DNA of 5,712 nucleotides. Origin: a virus. Below, one piece after another: positions 1 through 4,060 of this stretch (positions within the stretch are counted from its first letter, which is position 1; every line of letters starts with the position of its first letter). The DNA is taken from the IMG/VR virus record IMGVR_UViG_3300045988_000103, positions 1 to 5,712 of that record. One strand, written 5' to 3'. The translations under genes and the position numbers were made by a program. The notes under the pieces are model-generated. The model saw nothing but the letters and a program-made list of their open reading frames with translations. It had not been told where the DNA came from and ran no database searches.

Positions 1-55
1 CGATGGCACGAGGTGGCAGCCGTTACCGTGAACAGGTACAGGCTCTGTGGAATGT
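1..55. repeat. Left copy of the 55-nt terminal redundancy (identical to 5658-5712), an assembly signature of a circular molecule
   Basis: cgatggcacgaggtggcagccgttaccgtgaacaggtacaggctctgtggaatgt is read identically at both ends of the window. Confidence 0.97.
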
Positions 56-704
56 CACAATTAGTGACAAAACAGTACAGATTCCAGAATACCTGGGAGG
101 CGGACGCTATCATGTAAATATGAATCAGATTGTGCAGACATCTGGGCAACAGAGTGAAGCCAATACACCCATCGGTGAAACAGGCGCAATGTCAGTAACG
201 CCAATCAACGAAAGTTCCTTTACAAAATCGTTTGAAGAACATGGATTCGTCATTGGTGTAATGTGCATAAGACACAATCGCACTTACCAGCAGGGACTTG
301 AACGATTCTGGAGTAGAAAAGATAGACTTGACTACTATGTGCCTCAGTTCGCAAATCTAGGCGAACAGCCGGTAAAGAAAAAGGAAATCATGCTAACAGG
401 CGGAGCAAGCGATGAAGAAACATTCGGATATCAAGAAGCCTGGGCTGACTACCGAATGAAGCCAAACCGGGTAAGTGGCTTAATGCGAAGCAATGCAACA
501 GGGACGTTAGATTTCTGGCACTATGCAGACAACTACGAAAAAGTGCCGACACTCTCGCAGGAATGGATGGCGGAAGGTAAAGCCGAAATCGCAAGGACGC
601 TCATCGAACAAAACGAACCGCAGTTCTTCGGGGCAATCCGCGTAGCCAACAAAACCACACGTCGTATGCCGCTGTACAGCGTACCGGGGCTGTATAAACT
701 GTAA
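3..704 (+). CDS. VP1: Major capsid protein VP1 (F-like), C-terminal 233 codons. It continues from 4688-5657 across the circular junction.
   Basis: Position 3 equals position 5660 of the circle, which is in frame with ATG 4688 (5660-4688=972). Characteristic microvirus capsid motifs are present: ARGGSRY.E, IPEYLGG, EHGFVIG, TYQQGLERFWSR, FANLGEQPV, FGYQEAWADYR, LDFWH, RRMPLYSVPGL. The stop is TAA at 702-704. Confidence 0.95.
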   Translation: MARGGSRYREQVQALWNVTISDKTVQIPEYLGGGRYHVNMNQIVQTSGQQSEANTPIGETGAMSVTPINESSFTKSFEEHGFVIGVMCIRHNRTYQQGLERFWSRKDRLDYYVPQFANLGEQPVKKKEIMLTGGASDEETFGYQEAWADYRMKPNRVSGLMRSNATGTLDFWHYADNYEKVPTLSQEWMAEGKAEIARTLIEQNEPQFFGAIRVANKTTRRMPLYSVPGLYKL

Positions 705-714
705 GAAAGGAGGA

Positions 715-742
715 AGCCCGGGAAAAACCCGGGCTATTTTTT
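715..742 (+). terminator. Rho-independent terminator or attenuator after VP1
   Basis: A perfect 8-bp GC-rich stem, agcccggg (715-722) with cccgggct (728-735), has a 5-nt aaaaa loop. It is followed by a T6 run at 737-742. Confidence 0.8.
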
Positions 743-744
743 AA

Positions 745-1617
745 ATGGGAGGCTTAACAGGACTATTAACAGCACTCAACATCGCCGGAAACGTGGCAAA
801 CACAGTAGGAACAATAGCAGGAGCAGCAAAAAACATCGGAGGCGCTCTTGGAGGATGGGGTCAAACAGGCAGCAGCCAAAGCAGCGGCGGAAGCACACAG
901 CAAGGCGGTGGACATTCCGAAAGCGGAAGTCAATCAAGCACCAACGTACAACAGGTTGATGAATGGCTGAAACAGGCATATGCATATCAAGGGCAAGAAA
1001 GCGCCATGCAAGCCAAGTACAACAGCCAAAGTATGCTAAAACAGATGGGTTACAATACATTACAGTCAATTATGCAAGGCGTATATAACCACATTGAAAA
1101 CAGCACTGCCATGAACTACAACAGCGCAGAAGCCCTAGCAAACCGTGAATGGCAAGAACACATGTCTAGCACGGCATATCAAAGAGCCGTAGAGGACATG
1201 AAAAAAGCAGGCATAAATCCTATCCTTGCATTCGCAAATGGAGGTGCAAGCACACCAGGAGGAAGCGCCGGAACAATCAGCGGAGCAAGCATGGGACTTG
1301 CGAGCAGCAGCGCACTAGGAGTAAGCAGAAGTGGAGGATTTGTACCAAACGCATACGAAAGCAGCAGTTGGAGCAAAAGTGACTGGTTCAATGCGGCACA
1401 AAGTTGGCAGCAAATGCTCAGCAGTACACAAATGACACCATACGGACTACAGAAAACACTAACCGAAATTGGAAGCGACACCAGCGAAGTCATTGACAAA
1501 AACGTACCAAAAAAGAGCGACACAAAAAAGGGCGACCAAAAGAACAACTATCAAGCGCCTCAGAACAAAACAGGGGCATACGGAGAAAAAAGAAGGCCAG
1601 GTGATTACTTAAGATGA
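745..1617 (+). CDS. VP2: VP2 minor capsid / DNA pilot protein (H-like), 290 aa
   Basis: It sits directly after VP1, as in gokushoviruses. The conserved block EWQEHMSSTAYQRAVEDMKKAGINPILA matches the MS.TA.QR...D...AG.NP.L signature of gokushovirus VP2. The N-terminus is a small-residue (G/A) zipper-like hydrophobic segment followed by G/S/Q low complexity. The stop TGA at 1615-1617 overlaps the next ATG (ATGA). Confidence 0.85.
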   Translation: MGGLTGLLTALNIAGNVANTVGTIAGAAKNIGGALGGWGQTGSSQSSGGSTQQGGGHSESGSQSSTNVQQVDEWLKQAYAYQGQESAMQAKYNSQSMLKQMGYNTLQSIMQGVYNHIENSTAMNYNSAEALANREWQEHMSSTAYQRAVEDMKKAGINPILAFANGGASTPGGSAGTISGASMGLASSSALGVSRSGGFVPNAYESSSWSKSDWFNAAQSWQQMLSSTQMTPYGLQKTLTEIGSDTSEVIDKNVPKKSDTKKGDQKNNYQAPQNKTGAYGEKRRPGDYLR

Positions 1618-2633
1618 GTTGTTACAAGCCATTAATAAGGCTGTACAACCCAGATGAAAAAGAAATAAGCGGGCGAGTGTATTCACTTGCCCGCTTTTCT
1701 GAAATATGCGGGAAACAGCTTAAATATGAAGATTTGATGTATAATCCAAAAGTAATGCTAATACCATGCGGAAAATGCATCGGATGCAGAATAAGACAAA
1801 GGGAGGACTGGACAACACGTATAGAATTAGAAGCAAGAAACTATGCAAAAGAAGAAGTATGGTTTATTACACTAACTTATGATGACGAACACGTACCAGG
1901 AATGATACTCAAAACAGGCGAAATCATGCGAAAAGTACAATACGTCTGGAAGCCAAGAGAGAAACGCCCAGAAAGCGTCCAAACGTTGCTGTATCCAGAC
2001 ATTCAAAAATTTTTAAAACGCATCAGAAAGGCTTACAGGGGCAAATTACGCTATTTCGTAGCAGGAGAGTATGGAGAACAAACAGCAAGACCACATTACC
2101 ATATGATTCTATACGGATGGAAACCAACAGACCTTGAAAACCTGTATAAAATCCATCACAACGGATACTATACCAGCAAATGGCTAGCAGACCTATGGGG
2201 GATGGGTCAAATACAGATAGCTCAAGCAGTACCAGAGACATATAGATATGTTGCAGGATACGTCACCAAAAAAATGTACGAGATAGACGGAAAAAAAGCC
2301 AACACATACTACGACCTAGGACAGCAAAAACCTTTTGCGTGCATGAGTCTAAAGCCAGGATTGGGAGACGAGTACTATCAAAAACACAAAGAAGAAATTT
2401 GGAAGCAGGGTTATATTCAGTGCACCAACGGAAAACAAGCACAGATACCGCGCTATTACGAAAAAAAAATGGAAGCGGAAAACCCGGAAAGACTATGGAG
2501 AATAAAGCGCAACCGACAAAAGGCAATAATTGAACAGAACAAACTGAAATATGAAAAAGCAGACTACGCAGAGGACTTAAAGACCAAAGAAAGAGTGATA
2601 AAAAAACAGATGAAGAAGAAAGGAACGCTCTAG
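1614..2633 (+). CDS. VP4: VP4 replication initiation protein (HUH rolling-circle endonuclease, phiX174 A-like), 339 aa
   Basis: Motifs present are the Cys cluster CGKCIGCR, motif I FITLTYDD, the HUH motif RPHYHMILYG, and the double-tyrosine catalytic motif YRYVAGYVTKK (compare phiX174 A protein YVAKYVNK). There is an ATGA overlap with VP2. The stop is TAG at 2631-2633. Confidence 0.93.
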   Translation: MSCYKPLIRLYNPDEKEISGRVYSLARFSEICGKQLKYEDLMYNPKVMLIPCGKCIGCRIRQREDWTTRIELEARNYAKEEVWFITLTYDDEHVPGMILKTGEIMRKVQYVWKPREKRPESVQTLLYPDIQKFLKRIRKAYRGKLRYFVAGEYGEQTARPHYHMILYGWKPTDLENLYKIHHNGYYTSKWLADLWGMGQIQIAQAVPETYRYVAGYVTKKMYEIDGKKANTYYDLGQQKPFACMSLKPGLGDEYYQKHKEEIWKQGYIQCTNGKQAQIPRYYEKKMEAENPERLWRIKRNRQKAIIEQNKLKYEKADYAEDLKTKERVIKKQMKKKGTL

Positions 2634-2644
2634 CGGTGTCACCT

Positions 2645-2680
2645 AGCCCAGTACCTATCAAGTAAGGTACTGGGCTTTTG
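2645..2680 (+). terminator. Rho-independent terminator after VP4
   Basis: A perfect 11-bp stem, agcccagtacc (2645-2655) with ggtactgggct (2666-2676), has a 10-nt loop and runs into tttt (2676-2679). It begins 12 nt after the VP4 stop. Confidence 0.75.
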
Positions 2681-2700
2681 TCGCCTAAAGGCTCCATGTA

Positions 2701-2718
2701 TCAGTCTATTCAGTCTAT
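2701..2718. repeat. Tandem 9-mer tcagtctat x2, with a degenerate third copy aatctat at 2724-2730
   Basis: Direct reading: tcagtctat tcagtctat caaat aatctat. Confidence 0.9.
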
Positions 2719-2731
2719 CAAATAATCTATA

Positions 2732-2781
2732 ACGCACATGCGCACACGCGCGATAGCGCGCACGCGCGCACGCGCGATATA
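2732..2781. repeat. GC-rich alternating purine/pyrimidine block (two 21-nt CG/CA runs, each ending in ata), with internal 8-mer tandem gcgcgcac x2.6
   Basis: 2732-2752 acgcacatgcgcacacgcgcg and 2756-2776 gcgcgcacgcgcgcacgcgcg are strictly alternating Pu/Py. cacgcgcgata occurs at 2745-2755 and 2769-2779. The block is self-complementary (multiple CGCGCG registers) and sits in an otherwise A-rich genome. Confidence 0.9.
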
Positions 2782-2795
2782 ATATTAACTTGTTG

Positions 2796-2810
2796 TAGTA
2801 GTAGTAGTAG
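2796..2810. repeat. (TAG)5 trinucleotide microsatellite
   Basis: ttg tag tag tag tag tag agg, read directly. Confidence 0.95.
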
Positions 2811-2814
2811 AGGC

Positions 2815-2989
2815 TGTGGAAAAGTTGAAAAGTAATAAATTTTAACGATGAAACGAAAATTAAAAGAGAAATACACTGTTGAAAGTTTTGTTGAAAACTT
2901 GTTGAAATGTTGAAAGTTCGTCAAAATGACGAAAATCATTGTGCAACATTTTGTGGAAAACCTGTTGAAAGTGTTGAAAGTGTTGAAAA
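2815..2989 (+). repeat. Array of ten same-orientation TGT(T/G)GAAA iteron-like repeats (candidate protein-binding sites, DnaA-box-like on the complementary strand)
   Basis: TGTGGAAAA is at 2815 and 2952. (A)GTTGAAAA is at 2823. TGTTGAAA is at 2877, 2889, 2900, 2908, 2963, 2972 and 2981. Spacings within clusters are 8-12 nt. I did not see the exact 8-mer TGTTGAAA anywhere else in the window. Confidence 0.85.
2922..2953. other. Inverted repeat between the two main iteron clusters, with a nested mini-hairpin
   Basis: caaaatg (2922-2928) pairs with cattttg (2947-2953), a 7-bp stem with an 18-nt loop. An alternative 5-bp hairpin is cgtca aaa tgacg (2919-2931). Confidence 0.5.
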
Positions 2990-2996
2990 CGCGCAC

Positions 2997-3037
2997 AGCG
3001 CTAAAAAGGAATGGATTAAGCCGCATTCCGCTGCGCT
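2997..3037 (+). other. Compound stem-loop, a candidate ssDNA structural element
   Basis: The outer stem is agcgc (2997-3001) with gcgct (3033-3037). The inner stem is ggaatg (3008-3013) with cattcc (3024-3029), with a 10-nt loop. Confidence 0.55.
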
Positions 3038-3048
3038 CCATACGGCAA

Positions 3049-3062
3049 GGCGCTAAAGCGCC
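3049..3062 (+). other. Short GC hairpin ggcgc-taaa-gcgcc
   Basis: A 5-bp perfect stem with a 4-nt loop, read directly. Confidence 0.5.
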
Positions 3063-3118
3063 ACTCAAAACAAAGGAGCAGGAAAAAAGTTACAAATTAT
3101 TACAATACTCAAAAAATA

Positions 3119-3147
3119 TTGAAAAAGCTATTGACACAGGGTAGAAT
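3119..3147 (+). promoter_or_regulatory. Sigma70-like promoter candidate driving the peptidase-to-VP1 gene block
   Basis: The -35 is TTGAAA (3119-3124), the spacer is 17 nt, and the -10 is TAGAAT (3142-3147). It is preceded by an A-rich UP-like tract and lies 45 nt upstream of the first downstream ATG (3192). The host sigma specificity is unknown. Confidence 0.45.
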
Positions 3148-3191
3148 AGAATTGAACCTAACGAACATGACCGAGAGAAAGGTTGACAAAA

Positions 3192-3581
3192 ATGATTAAA
3201 AGCTACATAATGGACACAGACGCAAACGAAAAAGTAGGGCAGCACTTCAAAGTGCGAGAATTTGCGTGCAAAGATGGTTCGCAAGTCGTATTCATCGATA
3301 GCTATTTAGTATCAATCCTGGATATCCTTAGAAACCAAGTCGGAAAACCGGTATACATAAACAGCGGATACAGGACCCCGACAAGGAATAAAGAAGTAGG
3401 CGGTGCAAAGTACTCATACCACATGCGAGGAATGGCGGCAGACATTCGGATTGAAGGCATGACCGCAAAAGAAATTGCCAACAAACTGAACAAAATCATT
3501 CCGTCTGGCTGCGGCATCATCGTGTACAAAACATGGGTACACATTGACACGCGTACCAAAACCTACAGAAAGGGGGTATAA
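3192..3581 (+). CDS. Peptidase M15 family zinc D-Ala-D-Ala carboxypeptidase / endolysin-like cell-wall hydrolase (Peptidase_M15_3-like), 129 aa from ATG 3192
   Basis: The motif layout is F.V.EF.C.....V........L..LR...G.PV.I.SGYR.P..N..VGG...S.H..G.AADI......VHID.R. The predicted Zn ligands are His (SYH), Asp (AADI) and His (VHID). The SD gagaaagg (3175-3182) lies 9 nt before ATG 3192. The track start at 3183 is a TTG lying between the SD and the ATG. Confidence 0.85.
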   Translation: MIKSYIMDTDANEKVGQHFKVREFACKDGSQVVFIDSYLVSILDILRNQVGKPVYINSGYRTPTRNKEVGGAKYSYHMRGMAADIRIEGMTAKEIANKLNKIIPSGCGIIVYKTWVHIDTRTKTYRKGV

Positions 3582-3582
3582 C

Positions 3583-3705
3583 ATGGCACTTATTTCAATT
3601 AAGGACGTCAAACAGGCAATTCGTATCATGATGCAGATTCTGGAAAAACTTGACGAAATCTATCATGCACTGCACGATAGCATCAACGAAAAAGAAAAGG
3701 AGTAA
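3583..3705 (+). CDS. Hypothetical 40-aa protein (MALISIKDVKQAIRIMMQILEKLDEIYHALHDSINEKEKE), not in the ORF track
   Basis: ATG 3583 is 1 nt after the peptidase stop. The SD aagggggt (3570-3577) lies 5 nt upstream. The stop TAA at 3703-3705 is 3 nt before the next ATG, so the ORF fills the gap exactly. The product looks like an amphipathic helix with no TM segment. Confidence 0.45.
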   Translation: MALISIKDVKQAIRIMMQILEKLDEIYHALHDSINEKEKE

Positions 3706-3708
3706 AAA

Positions 3709-3936
3709 ATGACAAGGACAAGCTGGAATGTCAGAGACAGCACTACAGATGCATTGGAAGAGCTACTCGCTCGAAAATACAAAGAAATTGATAAAGAATA
3801 CAAAATGTTACGCAAAGTATCCAATATTGAAGATGCGAAGAAACTGCTAAATGAAATATGGCAGATGAAAAGCTTTGCAAACGCAATCGAGATGGAACTA
3901 ACGAGAAGGGAGTACGAAGATGGCACAACATCGTAA
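3709..3936 (+). CDS. Hypothetical 75-aa helical, charged protein of unknown function
   Basis: The SD aaaggag (3696-3702) lies 6 nt before ATG 3709. It is on the same strand and tightly packed with its neighbours. I recognise no motif. Confidence 0.6.
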   Translation: MTRTSWNVRDSTTDALEELLARKYKEIDKEYKMLRKVSNIEDAKKLLNEIWQMKSFANAIEMELTRREYEDGTTS

Positions 3937-4042
3937 GAAGATGAGCGGCGCAAAAGACCGCCGAATGTTCAACGTAACGGCACGAAAAACCAAAACAATC
4001 AACTTGAGCCAAAAGCCAATGCGGGGCGGCATCCGACTGTAA
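3920..4042 (+). CDS. Small basic DNA-binding/packaging protein (gokushovirus ORF8 / phiX174 J-like), 40 aa, not in the ORF track
   Basis: Translation is MAQHRKKMSGAKDRRMFNVTARKTKTINLSQKPMRGGIRL. It is Arg/Lys-rich and ends in PMRGGIRL, which I recall as typical of gokushovirus ORF8 proteins. The SD aagggag (3906-3912) lies 7 nt upstream. It overlaps the previous ORF by 17 nt. The stop is TAA at 4040-4042. Confidence 0.75.
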   Translation: MAQHRKKMSGAKDRRMFNVTARKTKTINLSQKPMRGGIRL

Positions 4043-4060
4043 GAGAGGAGAAAGAAAACA

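Noticed and set aside
1-55. Terminal direct repeats as att sites, LTR-like ends or prophage boundaries
   Set aside because: The repeat lies inside a single continuous capsid ORF and simply reconstitutes it. There is no integrase or flanking host gene. It is the standard overlap signature of an assembled circular genome.
2631-2810. Amber read-through or recoding: the VP4 stop TAG and the (TAG)5 run share a reading frame
   Set aside because: Reading through TAG 2631 in frame hits TAA at 2730-2732, well before the (TAG)5 run. No gene contains in-frame TAG or TGA, so the standard bacterial code fits. The shared frame has a 1-in-3 chance of occurring.
2815-2989. CRISPR array interpretation of the repeat cluster
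   Set aside because: The repeats are only 8-9 nt long and are separated by 0-4 nt rather than by unique 25-40 nt spacers. There are no cas genes. This is inconsistent with CRISPR architecture.
2991-3065. tRNA or small structured RNA gene in the GC-hairpin segment
   Set aside because: No cloverleaf can be drawn. There is no T-loop (GTTCRANYC-like) or D-loop signature, and the terminal hairpin loop is only 4 nt. It is better explained as ssDNA structural elements.
2727-3068. A 113-aa minus-strand ORF across the repeat region
   Set aside because: Its sequence is repeat-derived (FNTFNTFNRFSTK, LLLLLQQ, RVRACALSRVCACAL). It is on the opposite strand to every recognisable gene, and microvirus genomes are transcribed from one strand. 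The minus strand is A-poor, so stop codons are rare by composition.
2926-3144. A 72-aa + strand ORF (MTKIIVQHFVENLLKVLKVLK...) inside the gene-free region
   Set aside because: Its N-terminal half is simply the translation of the TGTTGAAA repeats (LLKVLKVLK). Its ATG sits inside the cgtca-aaa-tgacg hairpin, with only a weak gaaag upstream. It runs through the GC hairpins and the predicted promoter. I keep it as a low-probability alternative, and a conservation or dN/dS test would settle it.
3131-3152. Perfect TTGACA (3131-3136) as the -35 element, with TAGAAT at 3142 or 3147
   Set aside because: The spacers would be only 5 or 10 nt, which is incompatible with sigma70 geometry. The upstream TTGAAA (3119-3124) gives the canonical 17-nt spacer to TAGAAT at 3142.
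3183-3191. TTG at 3183 as the peptidase start (as given in the ORF track)
   Set aside because: The SD gagaaagg ends at 3182, immediately adjacent to the TTG with zero spacing. ATG 3192 has ideal 9-nt spacing, so I call 3192 as the start.
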